From: Kiritimatiellia bacterium
Lineage (GTDB): Bacteria > Verrucomicrobiota > Kiritimatiellia > RFP12 > UBA1067
Direction of reading: 5' to 3'
Assembly (NCBI GenBank): GCA_900767325.1
Contig: CAAFYT010000069.1
Coordinates: 1-45,930, forward strand
Length of the DNA stretch: 45,930 nucleotides
Each line of letters begins with the position of its first letter. Position 1 is the stretch's first letter. The position numbers were made by a program, and so were the translations under genes. Positions 18,536 through 26,161 of this stretch are shown here, one piece after another. The notes beneath the pieces were generated by a model. The model was not told where the DNA came from. It was given only the letters and a program-made list of their open reading frames with translations, and searched no databases.

Positions 18536-19107
18536 TCGGCGGCCTCGGCTTCGCGTGCGGTGCGTTCGGGGCTCCGCTTTTCGATCAGCATGGGGATGCC
18601 GAAGCAGACGATGGAGATGGAGCCGGATATCGCCTCGCAGAGTCCGAGGGCTTCGGTCGGGCTGAACAAGATGTGCGAGAAGCGGTCCTCGCTGCCGTCC
18701 GTGGAGGTTCGGCGAAGCTCCAGCGAGTAGCCGGAATCCATGTTGGCGCAATGGTGCAGCTTGATGTGGGTCGTTGTGCGCGGGGTTCTGTGGAAGAGTC
18801 CCTTGCCGTCGTTGATCGCCTCGCATTCTCCCCGCAGAACCTGGAGGATGCCGCACAAGTCGATGAAGTTGAGCTTGACGCAGATCGCGTGCTCCCAGTC
18901 GAAGCGCGGGAACGTCGGGTTGGGGGCGTTGCGGTTGCCGATCGTCAGCTGGTTGGCGACGTTCATCATGATCGAGCCGTCGCTCGAGTCGTGCGCGGGG
19001 TGGAGAGTCAGTTGCACGGCGCAACCGGTTCCCTTGCCGTTGGCATGGTAGAACGACAGACTCGGGCGATACGTTCCGATGCGGGAGGTGTCGGGTTTTT
19101 TCTGCAT
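18532..19107 (-). CDS. Hypothetical 191-aa protein, possibly a Whirly/PUR-alpha-like ssDNA-binding fold
   Basis: ATG 19107 with a purine-rich RBS. Two successive four-strand-plus-helix patterns. FDWEHAICVKLNFIDLCGILQVL and RFSHILFSPTEALGLCEAISG resemble the Whirly segments DWSRKQVFSLSVTEIGTLVSL and IPITKAEFAVLISAFNF. The fold call is inference only. Confidence 0.6.
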   Translation of the reverse strand: MQKKPDTSRIGTYRPSLSFYHANGKGTGCAVQLTLHPAHDSSDGSIMMNVANQLTIGNRNAPNPTFPRFDWEHAICVKLNFIDLCGILQVLRGECEAINDGKGLFHRTPRTTTHIKLHHCANMDSGYSLELRRTSTDGSEDRFSHILFSPTEALGLCEAISGSISIVCFGIPMLIEKRSPERTAREAEAAE

Positions 19108-19154
19108 GGTGGGGTTTCCTTTCGTTTTGTCTGTTTGTTTTTGTTCGGGACGAG

Positions 19155-20705
19155 TCAAACCCAGAAGGAGTTTTCCTCGCCATCGAGTTTGCGATAGGCC
19201 AGAGCGCCGAAGATGTGCTCGTCGCGCACGGATTCGGATTCGGCGAGGTCGGCGAGCGTTCGCGCGACGCGGAGCACCTTGTCGTAGGCGCGGGCGGAGA
19301 GGTTGAGGCGTTCGATCATCCGGACGAGCCGCGAGCAGTCGGCTGCGGTGAAGCGGCAGGCGTCGGGCAGGTCGCGGCTTCTGACCTCGGCGTTGGTGTG
19401 AACGCCGGAAAGGCCTTTGTAGCGCGCGCTCTGGCGGGCGCGGGCGGCGAGCACGCGTTCGCGTATGGTGCGGCTGTCTTCGCCCCTTGCCATGACCGGC
19501 AACCGCTCGACCTCGACCGGAGGAACCTCGATCTGGATGTCGATTCGGTCGAGCAGCGGGCCCGAGACGCGGCTTTGGTACTTGATGATGGCGCTCATCG
19601 GGCAGCGGCAGGAGTGGCGGCGGTCGTTGTAGTAGCCGCAGGGACAGGGGTTCATGGCCGCGACCAGCATGAACTTGGAGGGGAAGTCGTAGGCGGCGGC
19701 GGCGCGCGACACGGCAACATGGCCGTCTTCGAGCGGCTGGCGCAGAACCTCGAGCGCGGCGCGCGGAAACTCCGCGAATTCGTCGAGGAAGAGAACTCCG
19801 CGATGCGCGAGCGAGACTTCTCCCGGCACGGGACGCGAGCCACCGCCCAGGAGGGCGATGGAGCTTACCGTGTGGTGCGGGGCGCGGAATGGACGCTTCC
19901 TGACGAAGCCCTCCACGCCTTTCGAGAGCCCGGCGACCGAATGGATGCGGGAGACCTCGATCGCCTCGTCGACGCTCAGCGGGGGGAGAATGGAGGGAAT
20001 GCGGCGCGCGAGCATCGTCTTGCCGGAGCCGGGCGAACCGATCATCAGGATGTTGTGGCCTCCCGCGACGGCGACCTCGATCGCCTTGCGCGCGTCGGTC
20101 TGGCCCTTGATGTCCGCGAAATCGTCCGCGAAATCGTCCGCGCCATCGATCAGGGCGCCGAGATCGGTGAAGCGCGGTTCGATCGTGCATTCGCCATTGA
20201 GGAACATCACCGCCTCCTGCAAGGTGCCGACGGGAATCACGTCGATGCCGGAAACGACGCTTGCCTCGCGTGCGTTTTCACACGGCACGAGGATGGCCCG
20301 CTTGCCGATGCGGCGCATTTCGAGGACCATCGGCAGAACGCCGTGGACCTTTCGGACCTCGCCGGAGAGCGCGAGCTCGCCGACCAGGGCGAATTCGTCC
20401 AGATGCTCGTTGCGGATGCGCCCGGTTGCCTTCAGGAGACTGACGGCGATCGGCAGGTCGAAACTCGGACCTTCCTTCTTCAGGTCCGCCGGGGCGAGGT
20501 TGACGGTGATGTCATATTCCATCTTCCTGGCGGCGAGGCCCTGATTCCGGAGTGCGGTCGGGATGCGATCCTTCGCCTCCTTCACCGCCGCATCGGGGAG
20601 ACCGACGATAGCGAACTGACTGACGCCGATGGAGGAATTGACCTCGATCTCGACTGCACGCGCCTCCACGCCGTAGATCGCGGCGGAATAGCATTTTGCC
20701 AACAT
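19155..20705 (-). CDS. comM: YifB/ComM family Mg-chelatase-like AAA+ ATPase
   Basis: N-terminus MLAKCYSAAIYGVEARAVEIEV. Walker A GSPGSGKTM and Walker B VLFLDEF. C-terminal region RAYDKVLRVARTLADL. AAGGAG RBS before ATG 20705. Confidence 0.9.
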   Translation of the reverse strand: MLAKCYSAAIYGVEARAVEIEVNSSIGVSQFAIVGLPDAAVKEAKDRIPTALRNQGLAARKMEYDITVNLAPADLKKEGPSFDLPIAVSLLKATGRIRNEHLDEFALVGELALSGEVRKVHGVLPMVLEMRRIGKRAILVPCENAREASVVSGIDVIPVGTLQEAVMFLNGECTIEPRFTDLGALIDGADDFADDFADIKGQTDARKAIEVAVAGGHNILMIGSPGSGKTMLARRIPSILPPLSVDEAIEVSRIHSVAGLSKGVEGFVRKRPFRAPHHTVSSIALLGGGSRPVPGEVSLAHRGVLFLDEFAEFPRAALEVLRQPLEDGHVAVSRAAAAYDFPSKFMLVAAMNPCPCGYYNDRRHSCRCPMSAIIKYQSRVSGPLLDRIDIQIEVPPVEVERLPVMARGEDSRTIRERVLAARARQSARYKGLSGVHTNAEVRSRDLPDACRFTAADCSRLVRMIERLNLSARAYDKVLRVARTLADLAESESVRDEHIFGALAYRKLDGEENSFWV

Positions 20706-20765
20706 GTTCCAAGCTCCTTTCCGTTCCTTCGGGGAACGCGGAACAGTATGGCATTTTTCCTAAGG

Positions 20766-20857
20766 GCGTGGCGTGAAGACGGCGTGAGTTTTGCGTGTGT
20801 TTTTCTTCACGCCGTCTTCACGCGCGCTTCACGCCGTCTTCACGCGCGCTTCACGCC
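20766..20857. promoter_or_regulatory. 11-bp-phased array: GCGTG x3 (20771, 20782, 20793) then CACGC x5 (20808, 20819, 20830, 20841, 20852)
   Basis: 22-nt unit CTTCACGCCGTCTTCACGCGCG x2.4 at 20805-20857, with an inverted copy at 20771-20788. It sits between the response-regulator stop (20858) and a TGcCATACT -10 (20745-20753, minus strand) upstream of comM. Confidence 0.75.
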
Positions 20858-21538
20858 TTACTTGACGAGGTAGTAACCCGCGCCGATGACGTTGACGATC
20901 ATCTCGCCGGCCTTGCCAAGCTTTCGGCGCAGGTTTTTCATGTGGGTTCTGAGCGAACTGACTTCGCCAACGTAGCCCTCGCCATGCAAGGCGGCGAAGA
21001 GGGTTTCAAGCGGAACGATTTCGCCGCGCTTTGCGTTGAGCGAGCGGATGAGACAGGTTTCGTGAGCCGTGAGCTGTTCTTTGCGGGAGCCCTCGACAAC
21101 CATCCGCGAATCGAGATCGATTGTCACCGCGCCGAGTACGATGCGGCTGGAGGAGGAGATTCGGGGCGGAATGGAACTTGCGCGAGCGAGTGCGCGGCGG
21201 ATGCGCGCGATGAGAACGGAGTTGTCGGCCGTCTTCGAGATGTAGTCATCCGCGCCGAGGCCGATGCCGCGAACTTCGTCGGCATCGGAGGTAAGGGCGG
21301 TCAGGAAGATGATCGGAACGTCTCGGTCGATCTTTCGCATCTTCTCGCAGGCGCAGAAGCCGTTCGTGCGCGGCATCATCACGTCCATGAGAACGAGATC
21401 CGGGCGGCTTTCGGAGAACTTGACGAGCGCCTCTTCGCCATTTCGGGCGGTCGTTACGCCGTAGCCCTCGCCCGTGAGGAGGGTGCGCAGCGCGGTGCGG
21501 ATCGCCGATTCGTCCTCGACTACGAGAATCGTTCGCAT
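20858..21538 (-). CDS. OmpR/PhoB-family response regulator
   Basis: Receiver domain MRTILVVEDE...DLVLMDVMMP...ADDYISK. Winged-helix output LTAHETCLIRSL...SSLRTHMKNLRRKL...GAGYYL. Confidence 0.9.
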   Translation of the reverse strand: MRTILVVEDESAIRTALRTLLTGEGYGVTTARNGEEALVKFSESRPDLVLMDVMMPRTNGFCACEKMRKIDRDVPIIFLTALTSDADEVRGIGLGADDYISKTADNSVLIARIRRALARASSIPPRISSSSRIVLGAVTIDLDSRMVVEGSRKEQLTAHETCLIRSLNAKRGEIVPLETLFAALHGEGYVGEVSSLRTHMKNLRRKLGKAGEMIVNVIGAGYYLVK

Positions 21539-21542
21539 CGCG

Positions 21543-22748
21543 TCAATCGGCGGGGTCGAACACGAGCTTCGCGCGCCAATCGCCCGAGAGCTCCGGCCAC
21601 TTCGTGACGAGCGCAAAGTCGTCCGCCACGAACACTTCGAACCCTTCCGGCGCAGAGATGAGTCGCCGCCCCTTGGCCGCCTTTTCGAAGATGATCGGCA
21701 GCGGCCTTTCGCCCTCTTGCCAACGCGGCAGCGGCGCGCGCGCGGCGCCGATCTTCTGCGCGGGGTCGCCATAGAGAACCGTTCCGTCGAGATCCCAGAG
21801 CTTGCCCATCCAATCCTTGCTTTTCGGCTTTGTCGAGGGGAGGGTGCGGATCAGGTTCTGGTTCGCCGTGTACCAGCTTTCGGTCAGCGGCAGCCGGAGG
21901 GTGCTGAAGTAGTGCCAGGTTCCCCACCCGATTTCGCCGTACCACGTTTCCTTTATATAGCCGAAGAACTGGTTGACCTTTCCCCAGCCGAGAGCCGTCA
22001 TGGCCATATTGAGGGCGGGGGACGAAGCCGCAGGGGAAAGTTGCGGAGGGGTGTGGGCGTTGTCGGCGATGAGGCAGTTGCCGGGGGCGATCCATACTTT
22101 TTCGCGCGTGGGCGCGGCGAGTGCCGAGCCGGCGGATGTGCGAAAGCCCGTTGAGGTTGAGGCAGGAGGGAAGAGATTGCCCTTCGAGAAGGGCATTTCG
22201 AGGTTGAATTGGGTTGCGTGGGACGAGGTTACGATGAGGTCGGGGTCGAGTTCGTTCCAACGTTGGGCGAAGATGCCCGAGATGTCGCCCTCGGGGGTTG
22301 CGTCGCGTGCGGCATCGGAGAAGCACATGACCTTGCCGGTTGCGAGGTCTTGGCTGACGCCGGTCGTCGCGAGGATGTTTCGGATCTCGCGGGGTTCGGA
22401 GGAGGTGGCGATGCGCAGCGCGTCCGTCGAAGTCGGGGCGGAGAGAATCGACCAGATGGCGTCGTGGAAGGGATCGTCATCGAGCTCGCGCATCATGCGA
22501 TGGAGGGCGAAGCAGGTCTGGGCGTCGAACTCGTCCGAACGAAGGACGAAGCAGCAGTAACGCGGCGCGGCGGCGCGGATTTCGGCGAGGGCGTTGGTCA
22601 CGGAGGCGGTCGAGAGCGTCGTCACGGCCATGTCCGCGTGCTTGGCGGCGAGGGCGCTGGCGACATTGGCCCAGTCGGGCAGACGGGCGGTCGAGGTCGA
22701 GAGCACGATGAGGAGGGAGGCTGCGAAGAAGCAGGAGTTGTTTTTCAT
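21543..22748 (-). CDS. Secreted hypothetical protein (401 aa)
   Basis: Signal peptide MKNNSCFFAASLLIVLSTSTA from ATG 22748. The stop lies 4 nt before the response-regulator start. An ordered His (VTSSHATQF) then Cys (APGNCLIAD) weakly recalls clan CD peptidases; this was not tested. Confidence 0.7.
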   Translation of the reverse strand: MKNNSCFFAASLLIVLSTSTARLPDWANVASALAAKHADMAVTTLSTASVTNALAEIRAAAPRYCCFVLRSDEFDAQTCFALHRMMRELDDDPFHDAIWSILSAPTSTDALRIATSSEPREIRNILATTGVSQDLATGKVMCFSDAARDATPEGDISGIFAQRWNELDPDLIVTSSHATQFNLEMPFSKGNLFPPASTSTGFRTSAGSALAAPTREKVWIAPGNCLIADNAHTPPQLSPAASSPALNMAMTALGWGKVNQFFGYIKETWYGEIGWGTWHYFSTLRLPLTESWYTANQNLIRTLPSTKPKSKDWMGKLWDLDGTVLYGDPAQKIGAARAPLPRWQEGERPLPIIFEKAAKGRRLISAPEGFEVFVADDFALVTKWPELSGDWRAKLVFDPAD

Positions 22749-22754
22749 GGCGGT

Positions 22755-22763
22755 ATTATAGCA
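22755..22763 (-). promoter_or_regulatory. Extended -10 TGCTATAAT (minus strand), 6 nt before ATG 22748 (leaderless-type)
   Basis: The reverse complement of 22755-22763 reads TGCTATAAT. It lies back to back with the plus-strand TGGTATAAT at 22780-22788. Confidence 0.55.
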
Positions 22764-22779
22764 TATTTCGAGTGAATTA

Positions 22780-22788
22780 TGGTATAAT
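22780..22788 (+). promoter_or_regulatory. Extended -10 TGGTATAAT for the long greA gene
   Basis: Exact TGnTATAAT. It is followed by a 36-nt leader with GGGAGGAG before ATG 22825. Confidence 0.55.
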
Positions 22789-22824
22789 ACACGCCGCTTC
22801 AATTTCAACAAACGGGAGGAGATT

Positions 22825-24840
22825 ATGGCGGATATGGAGAGGGTTGTGGCGGAACTTGCGGAATGCGCGGGCAAGCAGGACTTCGATCGCGCGTTCGAGC
22901 TGGTCTGCGAGAACCAGGCGGAGTTGGCGAAGAAACTTCAACCGGAGGGGCTTAAGGATACGTTGAGGAAGTGTACGGCGTCGCGGCTGATCGGTTCCTT
23001 CATCGAAAGCATCGATTGGGCCGGCAGCGAGCCGGGCGAGGCGCTGGTTCGGCTCGAGAAGCTCATCGGCTTCAAGCCGGATTCCCTCGTTTTGAGCAAG
23101 GCGTGGGGGCTTGGCACGGTTCGTCGGATCGACGATTTCTACCGGCGCATCACGGTTGACTTCAAGACGCGCAAGGGCCATCAGTTCACCTACGCGGCGG
23201 CGGCGGACATGCTGACTTTGGCGCCCGAGAACCACATCCTCGTCTTGCGCCAGGCCGATCCGGCGGCCTTCGAGAGCCTGCTGAAGGAGAAGGTCGGCGA
23301 GTTCATCAAGCGCGTGTTGCAGAGCTATGGCGACATGACGCTCACGCGGCTGGAGGATGTCTGCGTGCAGAACGGATTCGTCAAGCCGCAGAACTGGAAG
23401 CGTTTCTGGGACGCGGCGCGCGCGGAGCTTGCCCGCGACGAGCTCGTCGAGATTCCGGCGAAGCGCGCGGAGCCGATTCGTCTCAGGGCCTCGGCGGAGA
23501 ACTACGGCGAAGGGTGGCTTTCGGCCTTCTCGAAGGAGACCGATCCGAAGCTCATCCTCTCCCTCGTGCGCGAATACGTGGCGCAGGGCAAGATGAAGGA
23601 CGCCGACGCGGCGACGCGCGCGGCGATCGAGAGCCGGCTCGTCTTCGCGGTCACGGCGGCGAGCAAGACCGATGACGCGCTCTACGCGCGCCTCGCCTCG
23701 CTCGTCACGAAACTCGGCTTCGCGAATCCGCCGGCCGAGCGGATGCGCGAGTATCTGCGCGAGCGCAAGCGCTATGTCAAGGCGGCGCGGCTTCTGCCGG
23801 CGCGCGAAGTCGGCGACATGATCGCGTTCCTCGCGGCGGACGACGCGGCGAAGGCGCGGCTCTACAAGGCGTTGGGCGAACTCTGCTTCGCGGCCGTCGC
23901 GGAAGTCGTCCAGCGCTTCGGCGGCGAGACGGCGTGTCGCGCGGCGATCGGCGAGCTGATGCGGCAGCCCAAGGCTCCGCCGACGCTCGTGACGCTCATC
24001 GTCGGGAAGTACGAGCAGTTCAGGATCTGGAAGGAACTGCCGCCGCTCGTCACGCTGCTGACGCATGCGATCGCGCTCGGCGAGGGGCGTCAGGGCGGCG
24101 AGACGCTGAAGATGCAGAACATCATCCGCCGGCTCTTCGGCGACAGGAAGTGGCTCGAGAAGATGTTCGCGGCGCTCGAACCGGCCGATCAGGCGCTCTT
24201 CTTCGAGCGCTTCCAGGCCTCGATCGCCTGGGATCCCTCGACGCACCACGCCACGGTCGTTCGCATGACGAAGATCGCGCCTGCGCTCGAGGCGCATCTC
24301 GTCAAGGCCGAGAAGAAGCGCGAGTACGCGCGCGTGACCTCGTATCGCAGCTTCGGCCTTCGCAAGCAGGAGTATCTCAAGCTCATCAACGAGGAGATGC
24401 CGGCGAACGTCAAGCGCATCGAGTTCGCGAAGAGCTACGGCGACCTTTCCGAAAACGCCGAGTACCAATACGCGAAGGACGAGCAGCGCGCGCTGATGCA
24501 GAAGCAGACGCTGATGCAGGCCGATCTCGAGGCGGTGAAGCCGACGGACTTCGCCGACGCCACGACCGACGAGGTCATGCCGGGCGTGACGGTCGTCGTT
24601 TCGGGGGCGCTCGGCGAGAAGACGTGGACGATCCTCGGCGAGTGGGATAACGACCTCGACCGGGGCATTCTCTCCTCGAAGACCCGCGTGGCGCAGGGTA
24701 TGCTGGGCAAGAAGGTCGGCGACAACTTCGAGCTGCCGGATGCGGAGGGCAACCTCACGTTCGCGACGGTGAAGGAGATTCGTCCGCTTTCCGACGAGAT
24801 TCGGGAGTGGATGAAGCTGCCGCCGGGAGTGCAGATCTAA
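22825..24840 (+). CDS. greA: Long-form transcription elongation factor GreA (about 510-aa N-terminal extension plus a complete GreA module)
   Basis: The C-terminal ~155 aa carry the GreA signature YGDLSENAEYQYAKDEQ and the globular domain (VTVVV...ILGEWD...ILSSKTRVAQGMLGKKVGD). The N-terminal part is unassigned; aa 91-140 look Tudor/CarD-like. Confidence 0.8.
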   Translation: MADMERVVAELAECAGKQDFDRAFELVCENQAELAKKLQPEGLKDTLRKCTASRLIGSFIESIDWAGSEPGEALVRLEKLIGFKPDSLVLSKAWGLGTVRRIDDFYRRITVDFKTRKGHQFTYAAAADMLTLAPENHILVLRQADPAAFESLLKEKVGEFIKRVLQSYGDMTLTRLEDVCVQNGFVKPQNWKRFWDAARAELARDELVEIPAKRAEPIRLRASAENYGEGWLSAFSKETDPKLILSLVREYVAQGKMKDADAATRAAIESRLVFAVTAASKTDDALYARLASLVTKLGFANPPAERMREYLRERKRYVKAARLLPAREVGDMIAFLAADDAAKARLYKALGELCFAAVAEVVQRFGGETACRAAIGELMRQPKAPPTLVTLIVGKYEQFRIWKELPPLVTLLTHAIALGEGRQGGETLKMQNIIRRLFGDRKWLEKMFAALEPADQALFFERFQASIAWDPSTHHATVVRMTKIAPALEAHLVKAEKKREYARVTSYRSFGLRKQEYLKLINEEMPANVKRIEFAKSYGDLSENAEYQYAKDEQRALMQKQTLMQADLEAVKPTDFADATTDEVMPGVTVVVSGALGEKTWTILGEWDNDLDRGILSSKTRVAQGMLGKKVGDNFELPDAEGNLTFATVKEIRPLSDEIREWMKLPPGVQI

Positions 24841-24858
24841 GACGGAAGGAGGTGCGCG

Positions 24859-25680
24859 ATGACCAAGAAGCAGGCGAAAGGGAAATTGGCGACGAAGGCG
24901 AAGCCGAAGCCGAAGGTGAAGGGGAAGGACGTGGTGAGGTCGAAGGCGAAGCCGAAGTCGAAGGGAGTGACGAAATCGAAGGCGAAGCCGAAGGTGACAG
25001 GAAAGCCGAAGCCGAAGGCGAAGGTCGCGGCGAAGAAGCCGACGGTAAAGAAGCCGACGGTGAAGGCGGAGGAGAAGAAGCTCGCCAATCGCGTTCCTCC
25101 GCGCATCGAGAAGCGCCTTTCGGAGGGGGATATTCGGCCGCCCGAGGAGTACGTTCCGGTTGATACGGCGAAGGCGGTGGCGTTCGGGATGTCGATCGTG
25201 CAGGAGATGAAGCGGACGGTGGCGCGTGCGGATGCGGTGCGTGCGGCGAAGGCGGCGAAGGAGGCGGAGGAGATTCGCCTTGGGTCGCGGCCGACGTCGC
25301 GGGATCGCAAGAAGTCCACGCTGCGGTTCTCGTCGGCAGACCTCAAGGAGTTCAAGAAGCTGCTCGTCGAGGCGCGAGTGCATGCGTCGAGGAACGTGGC
25401 GTCGATCCGTTCCGTTGGTTTCAGCGAGACGGATGACCACGAAGCGGACGGCGGAGACGGTACGGCGCAGACGCTGCGGTTGCAGGCGTTGGGGCAGGTC
25501 GGCACGATCAACCGCACGATCCAGCAGATCGACGAGGCGTTGCATCGCATCAGCGATGGGACGTATGGCGTGTGCGCGTCGTGCGGGCAGCTCATCCGCA
25601 AGAAGCGGCTTCTGAACCAGCCGTTCGTTCTGACGTGCATGGAGTGCCAACAGGCGATGGAGAGCGAGCCGCGCACGTGA
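24859..25680 (+). CDS. DksA/TraR-family C4 zinc-finger protein with a Lys/Pro-rich (histone H1-like) N-terminal tail
   Basis: Zinc finger CASCGQLIRKKRLLNQPFVLTCMEC. The first ~75 aa are KAKPKPKVKGK...KKPTVKKPTVK. GGAAGGAGG RBS. Confidence 0.85.
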   Translation: MTKKQAKGKLATKAKPKPKVKGKDVVRSKAKPKSKGVTKSKAKPKVTGKPKPKAKVAAKKPTVKKPTVKAEEKKLANRVPPRIEKRLSEGDIRPPEEYVPVDTAKAVAFGMSIVQEMKRTVARADAVRAAKAAKEAEEIRLGSRPTSRDRKKSTLRFSSADLKEFKKLLVEARVHASRNVASIRSVGFSETDDHEADGGDGTAQTLRLQALGQVGTINRTIQQIDEALHRISDGTYGVCASCGQLIRKKRLLNQPFVLTCMECQQAMESEPRT

Positions 25681-26141
25681 AGCGGTTCGTCGTCGTGTTC
25701 GCGGTGGTGGCGAACCTCGTCCTGGCGGATGCGGTTGTGAAGGAGCTTGCGCGCGGATACTTGAGCGGCGCATCGGGGGAGCGGCGCGTCGTCGAGGTCG
25801 TCAAGGGGGTGTTCAATCTGGCGTATGTGGAGAACCGGGGTTGTGCGTGGGGGATGCTGCAGGGGCAGGTCTGGCCGCTCGGGGCGTTCGGGATCGTGGC
25901 GTTGGTGTTTCTCGTGTGGATGCGGCGGAAAGTGTTCGGCGGGGATCGTCTGGGGGCGGTTGCCGAGCCGCTTCTTTACGCCGGGATCGTGGGGAACGCG
26001 ATCGACAGGTTTGCGCGCGGGTATGTGATCGACATGCTCGATTTTCACCTTGGGGCGCATCATTTTCCGTGCTTCAATCTTGCGGATGCGTTCATCTGCA
26101 GCGCGGTCGGGCTGTTGCTCGTTTCCGCCCGGCGCGGGTAA
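25677..26141 (+). CDS. lspA: Lipoprotein signal peptidase II
   Basis: NLAYVENRGCAWGM, GNAIDR and FPCFNLADAFI motifs. GTG 25677 overlaps the dksA-like stop (GTGA). Confidence 0.85.
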   Translation: MKRFVVVFAVVANLVLADAVVKELARGYLSGASGERRVVEVVKGVFNLAYVENRGCAWGMLQGQVWPLGAFGIVALVFLVWMRRKVFGGDRLGAVAEPLLYAGIVGNAIDRFARGYVIDMLDFHLGAHHFPCFNLADAFICSAVGLLLVSARRG

Positions 26142-26144
26142 TTT

Positions 26145-26153
26145 TGGTATAAT
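26145..26153 (+). promoter_or_regulatory. Extended -10 TGGTATAAT, 8 nt before ATG 26162 (leaderless-type)
   Basis: Exact TGnTATAAT directly after the lspA stop (26139-26141). No SD is possible. Confidence 0.6.
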
Positions 26154-26161
26154 ACGATATT

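Noticed and set aside
18092-20190. The extended ORF-track models 18092-19183 (363 aa) and 18532-20190 (552 aa).
   Set aside because: Only the C-terminal parts are credible: yraN from ATG 18535 and the 191-aa protein from ATG 19107. The N-terminal extensions are Arg/Pro-rich and run through comM in another frame.
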